Positions 11,440 through 19,915 of a stretch of 20,824 nucleotides of DNA are shown here, piece by piece. Source of the DNA: an uncultured Spirochaetota bacterium. Lineage in GTDB: Bacteria; Spirochaetota; Spirochaetia; SZUA-6; Fen-1364. The translations under genes were made by a program, and so were the position numbers. The notes under the pieces were generated by a model. That model was not told the origin of the DNA, searched no databases, and worked only from the letters and a program-made list of their open reading frames with translations. Location: NCBI GenBank assembly GCA_963745235.1, contig CAVUXE010000023.1, positions 1 to 20,824 of the forward strand. The letters run 5' to 3'. Numbering within the stretch: the stretch's first letter is position 1; every line of letters starts with the position of its first letter.

Positions 11440-12281
11440 TGCGCGTGAAAGCCTGCGTGCTCACCGGGTTCGGCATAAACGCAGACGAGGAGCTCGCCCT
11501 GGCGTTCCAGATGGCGGGCGCGCGGGCATGCCGGCTGCATGCGGGGGACCTCGTGGACAGCCCGGACCGCCTCCAGGGCTTCCAGATCCTTGCGTTTCCC
11601 GGCGGCTTCTCCTTTGGAGACCACCTGGGCTCCGGGAAGGTTTTTGCAACGCTTTTCCGCCGCAGTCTCGGCCCGGCCCTGGAGAAACACGTCCTGCGCG
11701 GAGGCCTGGTCCTCGGGGTCTGCAACGGTTTCCAGGCCCTGGTGAAGATGGGATTCCTTCCTGACCTCTCGGGGACCCACTCCCAGGAGGTCTCGTTGAT
11801 CCACAACGACTCGGGCAGGTTCGAGGACCGCTGGGTGCGCGTGCGTTTTCAGGGAGCGTGCAATTGCCTCTGGACTCGGGGGCTCACCGGGATGGACCTG
11901 CCCGTCAGGCATGGGGAAGGGAAGCTGGTGGTGGATTCACCGAAGGTGCTTGCGGAGCTGGAGCGCCGAAGCCTGGTTGCCCTGCGCTACGCGCCGAATG
12001 ACACTGCCCAGGACATGGATGAAGCCGTGAACTACCCCGATGATCCCAACGGATCGGTCAACCACATCGCCGGGATCTGCGATCCCACGGGCCAGGTTTT
12101 CGGGCTCATGCCGCACCCGGAGGCCTTTCTCTATCCTGAGAACCATCCGCAGTGGTCGGCGCGTCGGTCTGCGCGTCGGGCGGCAGCGGGCCGGGTCGCA
12201 GCGAGCCGCACGGTCCACGAGGGCCAAGGCCTGGCCATCTTTCGAAACGGGGTGCAGGCGGCGCGCGACAGCCTCCGCTAG
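11439..12281 (+). CDS. purQ: Phosphoribosylformylglycinamidine synthase glutaminase subunit
   Basis: GFGIN, PGGFSFGD, GVCNGFQ (catalytic Cys), HGEG, PNGS and MPHPE (His-Glu). TGATG overlap with purL. Confidence 0.95.
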   Translation: MRVKACVLTGFGINADEELALAFQMAGARACRLHAGDLVDSPDRLQGFQILAFPGGFSFGDHLGSGKVFATLFRRSLGPALEKHVLRGGLVLGVCNGFQALVKMGFLPDLSGTHSQEVSLIHNDSGRFEDRWVRVRFQGACNCLWTRGLTGMDLPVRHGEGKLVVDSPKVLAELERRSLVALRYAPNDTAQDMDEAVNYPDDPNGSVNHIAGICDPTGQVFGLMPHPEAFLYPENHPQWSARRSARRAAAGRVAASRTVHEGQGLAIFRNGVQAARDSLR

Positions 12282-12294
12282 AAGACCGTAAGGG

Positions 12295-12324
12295 TTGACA
12301 GGCGGCCAGCCCCCTTCGTATGAT
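12295..12324 (+). promoter_or_regulatory. Sigma70-type promoter for tRNA-Ala and the downstream gene
   Basis: TTGACA (12295-12300), 18 bp spacer, TATGAT (12319-12324), 11 nt before the tRNA. Confidence 0.75.
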
Positions 12325-12335
12325 GACAACTGAAC

Positions 12336-12409
12336 GGGGGCGTAGCTCAGTTGGCTAGAGCGCTTGAATGGCATTCAAGAGGTCGTGGGTTCAATTCCCG
12401 TCGCCTCCA
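12336..12409 (+). tRNA. tRNA-Ala (anticodon GGC), CCA not encoded
   Basis: GGGGGCG/CGCCTCC acceptor stem with the G3:U70 identity pair, anticodon stem CTTGA/TCAAG with loop AT-GGC-AT, T-loop TTCAATT. Followed by A-CTA. Confidence 0.97.
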
Positions 12410-12419
12410 CTAGAACCCA

Positions 12420-14093
12420 ATGGATGACAAGGTAAAAGAGTCGACATCGCAGAGTGAGCTCGATCCTGATCTCGCGGAGCTTCTCGACATAGAGACCCCG
12501 AAGCCCGCGCCGGAGACGCGCGCGGAAGGGGGACCGGACTTTCATACCCTTTTCGGCGAAGAGAAGTCCACTCAGCAGGCGGAGAAGACGCCCGCGGAGC
12601 AGATCGACACCACCAAGAAGAGCTTCCCCACCATCGTCAAGCTGGAAGAGGAACCGAAGCCCTACTTCCAGGACAAGGACTACTACAAGAAGGTGCTTGC
12701 CGGAGAAGGGGACAACGGGACCCGGGTCCATGACCTGCTGGGCAAATACATGAAGGCGGAGGACCCGGAGGAGAAGTCGAAGTTCCGGGCCCAGCTCATC
12801 TCCGCGTACTGGGACCTCGGGTCGGCTATCGCCTACCGGGCCAACAGGGAGCTCATCACTCCCAAGCGGCTGCTGCTTCGCTTCGGCATCCTTTCCCCGG
12901 GCTTCCTTTCCCCCGAGCTCCGCGAGGTTGTGTCCCGCATCATTCATGGAAACACCACGGGTGAGCCGGTGTACTACGTGGATGAATGGCTGGAGAGGAT
13001 TGCAAGGGGCAGGTCCGGCCTTCCACCATCGACGAGGTGAAGCAGAGGACAAAGGACACGGGGCAGAAGATCCTGGACGCCGTGGAAAAGAGGAAGGGCC
13101 AGCGGGACAGCGAGATCACAATCCTCAAGGCCAAGATCTCCCAGCTGGAGGAGCGGGAAGAGCAGCTTCGAGGCCAGGTGGACATGCTCATCCGCCATGA
13201 CCGCAACGAGGAGTAGGCGGGCTGAAGGCCCCTTTCAACCAGGCCCAGAAGGCGGCCCTGGCCCAGATCCAGGAAATGCTGCGCCAGCTCTCGGCACTGG
13301 ACGGGCAGATCGCGTCTTCCTACGGGGACCTTGCCAATATAGACAAGGACCTGGAATCCCTGGGCCGCAAGTCTGAAGGGATCAGCGCATCCGAGCGTGG
13401 TGGATGCCAAGGCCGTGGTGGATGAGTGGGGCTGCATCCGCCAGATGGCCAAGATGTGCGTGGGGCGGCAGGGAAACCATTTCCCCATCTTCCTTTCCCA
13501 GTTCGTGCGGCCCAACATCCGGGAGATCGGCACCCGGGAGAACGTGATCCGGGAGATGGCGCAGGTGGAGGCCATGGATCCCGGGCCTTTTCCTGCGCAC
13601 CTACAAGAGCCAGACCACCCGCATCGTCCCCAACATCATCCTCCTGGCCAGCTACGGGGACACGGGGATCTGCTGGGAGCCGTTCGAGAAGTTCAACCGG
13701 GCCACCAGCCGCGGCCGGGTGGCCATCCCCATGTTCCACCAAGAGCCTTCCCGTGGCGGTCCTCACCGCCATGGCGGACCTGCGCTGGCAGGTGGCCAAG
13801 GAGAAGGCGCAGTACTACTGGATGGAAGAGGGGATCACCGGGCAAGTACTACCAGTGGTTCACGCGAGCGCAAGCTGCGCGGGGACGTGCGGGAGTACTT
13901 CATCCGCGACTACGCGCTGTGGATCAACAAGGAAAGCCAGGGAATGCAGAAGCTGGACAAGGACGTGCGCGGGATCTTCTGGCGCATGATGCCGTTCCCC
14001 CAGCACATCAAGGACAACCTGCGAAACCGCGGATTCATCTACAACGACCTGTACAAGAAAGACCAGAACATCGCCAAGTCCGACGGGTACTGA
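12420..14093 (+). CDS. Conserved hypothetical protein (~556 aa when repaired), split by about 7 single-base indels
   Basis: One continuous reading can be rebuilt across indels at ~13009, 13216, 13393, 13586, 13737, 13843 and 13865: MDDKVKES...YYVDEWLERIARGQVRPSTIDE...RQMAKMCVGRQGNHFP...PNIILLASYGDTGICWEPF...ADLRWQVAKE...FIRDYALWINKESQG...KSDGY. Codon usage is strongly coding-like throughout. Confidence 0.75.
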
Positions 14094-14142
14094 GCGCGGC
14101 CTGCCCGCCGAAGGCTCTGGCGCCTGGACCTCTACAGGTACC

Positions 14143-14647
14143 TCACCACTTCCTGCAGCGTCTTCCTCTGCTTCTGGCCCTTCTTGCAGAACCCGGCTTC
14201 GGGTACCCCAGCGGGGTGATGCGTACACGCGCTCGTCCGCGCCAGGCCCAGGGCGGAGCGCAGGACCCGGGGTCGAAGGCGGCGATCCAGCAGGTGCCCA
14301 CGCCTTCGTTCTCCGCGGCCAGGATCATGTGGTCCATGGCGATGGTCAGGTCGGTCTCGATGGAGTTCCAGCCGTCCTGCCGGGTCCAGGCGTCACCCGT
14401 CCTGCCCGATGACCACGAGCACGTGCGGCGCGTCCTGGAACCAGGGCTTCGTGGTAGCAGCGGCGGACCTGGGTGAGCATCTCCCGGGAGGAGACGAGGA
14501 GGAACCGCCAGGGCTGGCGTGTTGGCCGCCGACGGGGCGATGCGGCCCGCGTCCAGGATCCGCTCCAGCACCTGCTTGTCCACCGGCCGCGTCGGGTCGT
14601 AGCTGCGAATGCTTTCTCTCCCGCAGATGACGTCGCGTGAAATCCAT
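14143..14647 (-). CDS. Nitroreductase family protein (multiple indels)
   Basis: GGAGG RBS then MDFTDVICGRESIRSY, GRIAPSAANRQPWRF, DAPHVLVV, DLTIAMDHMILAAENEGVGTCWIAAF and ITPLGYP, spread over three frames. Confidence 0.85.
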
Positions 14648-14661
14648 GTTTCCTCCATCTT

Positions 14662-14934
14662 TCAGCCCTTTCTCTTGCCCTTGAAGAGCTGGGGAATGTG
14701 CTTCTCCAGCTCGAACCTGCACCGTGACCCATCTTCATCACCCTCCCGTAGATCAGGAAGGTGAGCACGATGGAGGCGATGAGCCCGACGAAGACTCAGG
14801 GCGATTCGCGATCGCGTTGACGGGCACCAAGGGCCGCCAGATGAGCAGGAAGATGATGATGAGGCCGACCATGAGCAGCGATGTTGAAGACCGTGGCGGC
14901 AAGAAAGAAAAGGACCATCTTCGCCGGAGCTCAT
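14662..14934 (-). CDS. Small two-TM membrane protein downstream of lspA (multiple indels)
   Basis: The ATG overlaps the lspA stop (ATGA) with GGAGG upstream. Repaired reading: MSSAKMVLFFLAATVFNI..MVGLIIIFLLIW...FVGLIASIVLTFLIYGRVMKM..RFELEKHIPQLFKGKRKG. Confidence 0.6.
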   Translation of the reverse strand: MSSGEDGPFLSCRHGLQHRCSWSASSSSSCSSGGPWCPSTRSRIALSLRRAHRLHRAHLPDLREGDEDGSRCRFELEKHIPQLFKGKRKG

Positions 14935-15471
14935 TTCGCCTCCTCCTGCGGGCCGCGACGGGAATGAGGAACGACACGAACAGGAGGATGCCCGGCGACC
15001 ACCACGGTCATATCCGCGAGGTTGAACGTGGGCCAGCGCTCCATGCCCAGGATTCCGTAGAACTTGAAATCCAGGAAATCCACGACGCCGTCCGGCCGGA
15101 AGATGCGGTCCACGTAGTTTCCCAGCCCGCCGCCCAGCAGCGCGGCGAATGTCCATTTCTGAAAGCCGGTGAGCGGGTCCCGGGTGAACAGGTAGTAGAG
15201 GAACAGCAGCGCGATCACCGCCAGCGGGAGCAGGCTGAACAGCGTCCTGCGCGGTCCCGCGGCGAGGTTCCGGCCGATGCTGAACGCGATGGCGGGGTTC
15301 TGCACGTGGATGATGCGGAAAAAGTCGCCGATCACCGTGACGCCTCCGCCCTGCGGGATGGTGAGAGAGACGATGAGCTTCGATCGCCTGGTCCAGGATG
15401 ATGATCCCCGCCGAGAGGACGAGCGGGACGAGCCGAGGCTTCATGTCCCTTTTCTGCACGTTCAGAATCAT
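14931..15471 (-). CDS. lspA: Lipoprotein signal peptidase II (indels near 15382 and ~14990)
   Basis: IILDQ.K, HVQNPAIAFS, GGGLGNYVDR, GVVDFLDF and WPTFNLAD with both catalytic Asp. Start is 15471, directly after the upstream TAA, or 15444. Confidence 0.9.
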
Positions 15472-16236
15472 TTACAACCCCGTGGGAACGTCGAGATACG
15501 TCGTTTCCACGCCCTGTTTCCCGGGCGAGCCTTTCGCTGAGCGATCTGACCCCGAAGGATTCTGAGTGGTAGTGACCAGCAAAGATAACATGGATGCGCG
15601 ACTCGAGGCAATGGTGGTAGATCTCGTGCAGCGGCTCCCCGGTGATGTACAGGTCCAGACCCTCCTCCACCGCCTGGGCAACTCCCACGCGGCCCCGCCG
15701 GACACGATCCCGACCGTACTGATCAGCTCGCGGACCGAACGGCAGCGTCCTCATCTGCTCGCCCTGCCTTCCGGCGAGGCGGAAGACGACCTCGTCCAGG
15801 CGCGCGGGGGCCGCAAGGGTCCCTTTGTACCCGATCTTGATTCCCCTGTAGGCGCCGAAAGGCTGGATGTTCACGCAGACCCAGATGGCGGGCGATGCCG
15901 ATGTTGTTCCCGACCTCCGGATGCTGATCCAGGGGCAGATGCGCCGCGTACAGGGCGAGGTTGCCCTGGATGAGCGCGCTGAGGCGCTCATAGAACGCGC
16001 CAACCACGCGCTCTGGCCTGTCCCACAGGATGCCGTGGTGAACGAAGAGCACCTGGGCGCCCCACTCGATGGCCCTTCTGAAGCTTTCCAGCGATGCGTC
16101 CACGGCGAAAGCCACCTTGGTCACCTCAGAAGCCCTGCTGGCCACCTGCAGCGCCGTTGCGGCTGTGATCTATGGCATCGAATGCCGCGAGGTCCAGGAG
16201 CCCCCGCATCCATCTGTCCAGATCGGAAAGTGTCAT
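15472..16236 (-). CDS. Nif3-like dinuclear metal centre hexameric protein (YbgI/GTP cyclohydrolase 1 type 2 family; multiple indels)
   Basis: MTLSDLDRWM, NGLQV, KVAFAVDAS, FVHHGILW, LYAAHLPLD.HPEVGNN, DLYITGE, AGHYHSE.FGV and terminal DVPTGL, across frames. Confidence 0.9.
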
Positions 16237-16306
16237 ACTGTTCACCGCCCCCCTCTTGACGACCCTGCCTCCGTAGGGCAGAATAAAGCATACCTAAACA
16301 GTAAAG

Positions 16307-16318
16307 ATTGTCGACAAG
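16307..16318. promoter_or_regulatory. Palindromic candidate operator (GntR/FadR-like) upstream of the acyl-CoA dehydrogenase operon
   Basis: Perfect 10-bp palindrome TTGTCGACAA (16308-16317) between a possible promoter (TTGACG 16256, 17 bp spacer, CAGAAT) and the GAGGAG RBS. Confidence 0.45.
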
Positions 16319-16330
16319 AGGAGACCCCAC

Positions 16331-17515
16331 GTGAACTATTTCCTCACTGAAGAGCAGACCATGATCCGTGATCTGGCCGCTCAGATCGCGCGCGAAAAAA
16401 TCGCCCCCATTGCGGCGGAGCTGGACGAATCAGCGGAGTTCCCCTGGGACGTTGTGCATACCATGGGGAAGGCGGATCTCTACCGGGTGTTCATCCCGGC
16501 GGAATACGAAGGCCTCGGCGGGGGCTGCTTCGAGATGTGCCTCGCCGTGGAGGAGCTCTCGCGGGCCTGCGGCGGGATTTCCCTTTCCTATGCCGCTTCG
16601 GCTCTTGGCACCATCCCCATCATCCTGTTCGGGACAGATGAGCAGAAGAAAAAGTACCTTCCGCGGCTCGCGTCGGGAGAGGTTCTTGCCGCTTTCGGGC
16701 TCACGGAGCCCAACGCGGGAAGCGACGCCGCGGGGATCAAGACCACGGCGCGCCTGGACGGTGATTCCTACGTGATCAACGGGACCAAGCAATGGATCAC
16801 AAACGGCGGGGAGGCCTCCGTCTACACCGTGATTGCCCTGACGGACCCTTCCCGCGGAGTGCGCGGGTCTTCAGCCATCCTGGTGGAGAAGGGGACCCCC
16901 GGGTTCGAGTTCGGCAAGAAGGAAAACAAGATGGGCATCCGGGCGTCCGCCACGCGCGAGCTCATTTTCCAGGACTGCCGGGTTCCCAAGTCCAATCTCC
17001 TGGGGAAGGAAGGCATGGGGTTCCTTGTCGCCATGCGCACGCTGGACCAGTCACGGCCGGGCGTTGCGGCGCAGGCGGTGGGGATTGCGCAGGGGGCCCT
17101 GGACAAGGCAATCGAGTACTCCCGTGAACGCCAGCAGTTCGGCAAGACCATCTCATCCTTCCAGGGGATACAGTTCCTCCTTGCCGACATGGCCACCCAG
17201 GTGGAAGCCGCGCGGGCCCTGACGTACGCCGCGGCACGCAGCATCGACGCGGGGGACAAGGACGTCTCACGCATGTCCGCCATGGCCAAGGTCTTCGCAT
17301 CCGACACCGCCATGAAGGTGACCACGGATGCCGTGCAGGTCTTCGGCGGCTACGGCTACATGAAGGAATACCCCGTTGAGAAGATGATGCGGGATGCAAA
17401 GATCACGCAGATCTACGAAGGCACGAACCAGATCCAGCGCGAAGTGATTGCCTTGAACCTGATCAAGGAAAGCGTGAGGGGCGCCGCCCGGGGCGCAGCC
17501 GCCGCAAAGAAGTGA
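16331..17515 (+). CDS. Acyl-CoA dehydrogenase (butyryl-/caffeyl-CoA reductase-like)
   Basis: FGLTEPNAGSDA, NGTKQWITNG, ENKMGIRAS, RQQFGK, AVQVFGGYGYMKEYPVEKMMRDAKITQIYEGTNQIQR. GTG start with GAGGAG RBS. Confidence 0.95.
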   Translation: MNYFLTEEQTMIRDLAAQIAREKIAPIAAELDESAEFPWDVVHTMGKADLYRVFIPAEYEGLGGGCFEMCLAVEELSRACGGISLSYAASALGTIPIILFGTDEQKKKYLPRLASGEVLAAFGLTEPNAGSDAAGIKTTARLDGDSYVINGTKQWITNGGEASVYTVIALTDPSRGVRGSSAILVEKGTPGFEFGKKENKMGIRASATRELIFQDCRVPKSNLLGKEGMGFLVAMRTLDQSRPGVAAQAVGIAQGALDKAIEYSRERQQFGKTISSFQGIQFLLADMATQVEAARALTYAAARSIDAGDKDVSRMSAMAKVFASDTAMKVTTDAVQVFGGYGYMKEYPVEKMMRDAKITQIYEGTNQIQREVIALNLIKESVRGAARGAAAAKK

Positions 17516-17525
17516 GGGTTCGGCC

Positions 17526-18329
17526 GTGAAGGTCTTTGTCTGCATCAAGCAGGTGCCTGATACCACCAACGTGCGCATCAACCCGGAAACCAACACCCTG
17601 GTGCGCGAAGGGGTGCAGTCAATCATCAATCCTTTCGATGTCTACGCCCTGGAGGAAGCCGTCCGCCTGAAGGAAAAGCATGGCGGAACGGTCACCGTCA
17701 TCACCATGGGGCCGCCGCAGGCGGAGAGCGCTCTTCGCGACGCAATAGCCCTGGGCGCTGACAGCGCGTACCTCGTCTCGGACCGCGCTTTTGCAGGCGC
17801 TGATACCCTGGCAACCGCCTACGCCCTTTCCTGCGCGGTCCGCAAGCTGGGCGGCGCGGACATCATCCTCATGGGACGGCAGGCCATAGACGGGGACACC
17901 GGCCAGGTCGGGCCGGGAGTCGCGGAGAACCTTGGCATCTCTCACATCACGGACATCCGCAAGATCGAGGAGATCACGGACTCCCGCATCGTTGTGGAGC
18001 GTCTGCTGGAGGAAGGCTATGCGAGGCTTGCCGCTCGCCTCCCCGTGGTGCTGACGGTGGTGAAGGAGATCAACAACCCCCGCCTCCCATCGCTCAAAGG
18101 GAAGCTCGCGGCAAAGAAAGCCGAAATTGCGGTCCTGAAAGCCGCGGACATCGAGGCGGACGTCCAGCGTCTCGGGCTGAACGGGTCTCCGACACAGGTG
18201 ATGAAGATCTTCACGCCTGCCCGGCCTTCCGGCGGCAAGAAGTTCACCGGCGAGCCGGCGGTCACCGTGGGCGCGCTTCTCAGCGAGCTCACCACGGCCG
18301 GCATCTCCATCCGCAAGAGCGGCAAGTAG
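17526..18329 (+). CDS. etfB: Electron transfer flavoprotein beta subunit (FixA-like)
   Basis: VCIKQVPD, INPFD..ALEEA, DRAFAGADT, GRQAIDGDTGQVGP, PRLPS and GLNGSPT motifs. Confidence 0.95.
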   Translation: MKVFVCIKQVPDTTNVRINPETNTLVREGVQSIINPFDVYALEEAVRLKEKHGGTVTVITMGPPQAESALRDAIALGADSAYLVSDRAFAGADTLATAYALSCAVRKLGGADIILMGRQAIDGDTGQVGPGVAENLGISHITDIRKIEEITDSRIVVERLLEEGYARLAARLPVVLTVVKEINNPRLPSLKGKLAAKKAEIAVLKAADIEADVQRLGLNGSPTQVMKIFTPARPSGGKKFTGEPAVTVGALLSELTTAGISIRKSGK

Positions 18330-18338
18330 AGGACTCAC

Positions 18339-19559
18339 ATGGATCCCATCCGCGTCATTACGCAGAACTGCGTAGGCTGCAAGCTCTGCGTCAAAGCATG
18401 CCCGTACGAGGCAATCACTCTGACAGGGCCGCTGGTCGAGGGAAGGACAGACCGCAACACGGCCGTCATCGACCTGGGGAAGTGCACGCTCTGCGGTGCC
18501 TGCGTGGAAGCGTGCAAGCGCTACAACGCAATCGTCATCACGCGAAGGACTTTCAAGGGCCAGGACGTGACGACATATTCCGGGGTCGCCATCTTTGCGG
18601 AGCACCGCAGAGGCAGGATCGCTTCCGTGGTGCCTGAGATCATTGGTGCCGCGCGGGAGCTGGCAAAGCAGCGCGCATCCACCGTGAGCGCCATCCTCGT
18701 TGGAAACGGCGTGCACGCGTTTACCGACGAGCTCCTGTCGTACGGGGTCGACGAAATCTGGATGATCGACAACCCGGCCATCGGAGACTTCGATGAAGAC
18801 GTCCAGGCGGACCTCGTCTCCGAGATCCTGCTGGAAAAGAAGCCCGAGGTGTTCCTGGGTGGAGGCACCGTGGTGGGGAGGTCTCTCCTGCCGCGCGTTG
18901 CCGCCCGCATCCTGACCGGCCTCACCGCGGACTGCACGGAGCTCAGCATTGACGGGGAAACCCAGCTCCTGAAGCAGACGAGGCCCGCGTTTGGCGGCAA
19001 CATCATGGCCACCATCCTCACGCAGAACCACAGGCCGCAGATGGCCACCGTCCGCCACAAGGTGATGACGCCGGCGGAGAAGGTGTCCGACCCGAAAGGA
19101 AAAGTGATCGAGCTGAAGCACATTCCGGTTCCGCACTCGAAGCTGGAGTTCCTGGAGTTCGTGGAAGAGAAGAGCGCCACGGTCAACCTGGTGGAGGCGG
19201 ACGTCATAGTCTCCGGAGGGCGCGGAATCAAGGACCCCAAGAACTTCTCACTCATCGAGAGGCTCGCCCTTGCCACCGGCGGCGCGGTGGGCGCATCCCG
19301 CGCTGCCGTGGATGCCGGCTGGATTCCGTACTCGCACCAGGTCGGGCAGACGGGGAAGACGGTGAAGCCCACCGTCTATATCGCCTGCGGCATCAGCGGC
19401 GCCATCCAGCACCTGGCTGGCATGAAGGCCTCCGATATGATCATCGCCATCAACTCTGATCCCAACGCGCCCATCTTCGATATTGCCCACTACGGCATTG
19501 TGGGAGACCTGTTCCAGGTGGTGCCGGAGCTCATCAAGAGGCTGGAGGCGGGAGCGTAG
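18339..19559 (+). CDS. etfA: Electron transfer flavoprotein alpha subunit with N-terminal 2x[4Fe-4S] ferredoxin domain
   Basis: [12 protein letters not shown] and [11 protein letters not shown], then [49 protein letters not shown] and [12 protein letters not shown]. Confidence 0.95.
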   Translation: MDPIRVITQNCVGCKLCVKACPYEAITLTGPLVEGRTDRNTAVIDLGKCTLCGACVEACKRYNAIVITRRTFKGQDVTTYSGVAIFAEHRRGRIASVVPEIIGAARELAKQRASTVSAILVGNGVHAFTDELLSYGVDEIWMIDNPAIGDFDEDVQADLVSEILLEKKPEVFLGGGTVVGRSLLPRVAARILTGLTADCTELSIDGETQLLKQTRPAFGGNIMATILTQNHRPQMATVRHKVMTPAEKVSDPKGKVIELKHIPVPHSKLEFLEFVEEKSATVNLVEADVIVSGGRGIKDPKNFSLIERLALATGGAVGASRAAVDAGWIPYSHQVGQTGKTVKPTVYIACGISGAIQHLAGMKASDMIIAINSDPNAPIFDIAHYGIVGDLFQVVPELIKRLEAGA

Positions 19560-19637
19560 CCTGAGATAGCCTCGAGCTTCCAGGCGCTTGATGGCTTGTG
19601 CAACGCTTGAGCGATGAACGTAGGCTAGTTTGGCAAT
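19560..19637 (-). pseudogene. Possible winged helix-turn-helix gene fragment
   Basis: Translates to IAKLAYVHRSSVAQAIKRLEARGYLR, the recognition-helix pattern of wHTH domains. It has no own start or stop and runs into antisense etfA. Confidence 0.4.
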
Positions 19638-19842
19638 GAGCCTGCTTTCAAACATATCCGGCAAGGAGGCCGTGAAGGCCTTCGAGAAAGCCGGATGGCG
19701 GCAGGTCGGCCAGGTCGGAAGTCACCTCGTCATGACTTGACCAGGTCTTCGTGTGAACCTTTCTATCCCTCAGCACTGCCTCATACCCGTGCCGACCTCC
19801 GCTTTCATCGCGGGTTGGCCTTTACAGGTCAGAGTCGCATAA
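19636..19842 (+). pseudogene. hicA: HicA-family type II toxin remnant with internal TGA (19738-19740) and degenerate C-terminus
   Basis: MSLLSNISGKEAVKAFEKAGWRQVGQVGSHLVMT*PGLRVNLSIPQH matches the HicA pattern SGKE..K...GW....GSH......IP.H. The expected final helices (ELxxGTLxxI) are lost. Not in the ORF track. Confidence 0.75.
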
Positions 19843-19915
19843 GGGTTGACTCCAATCTCACCATGAGGGGACGTTATTAGTACCTTTTCCGGGTGACAGA
19901 AAAGGGACGAATACG

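Noticed and set aside
12336-12420. tRNA-Ala as an integration site for an island
   Set aside because: I found no duplicated tRNA 3' end, integrase or composition shift, and downstream genes are housekeeping-like.
19738-19740. In-frame TGA in hicA as selenocysteine or programmed read-through
   Set aside because: The position is not a Cys site in HicA, I see no convincing SECIS, and the C-terminus is degenerate too, so a nonsense mutation is simpler.
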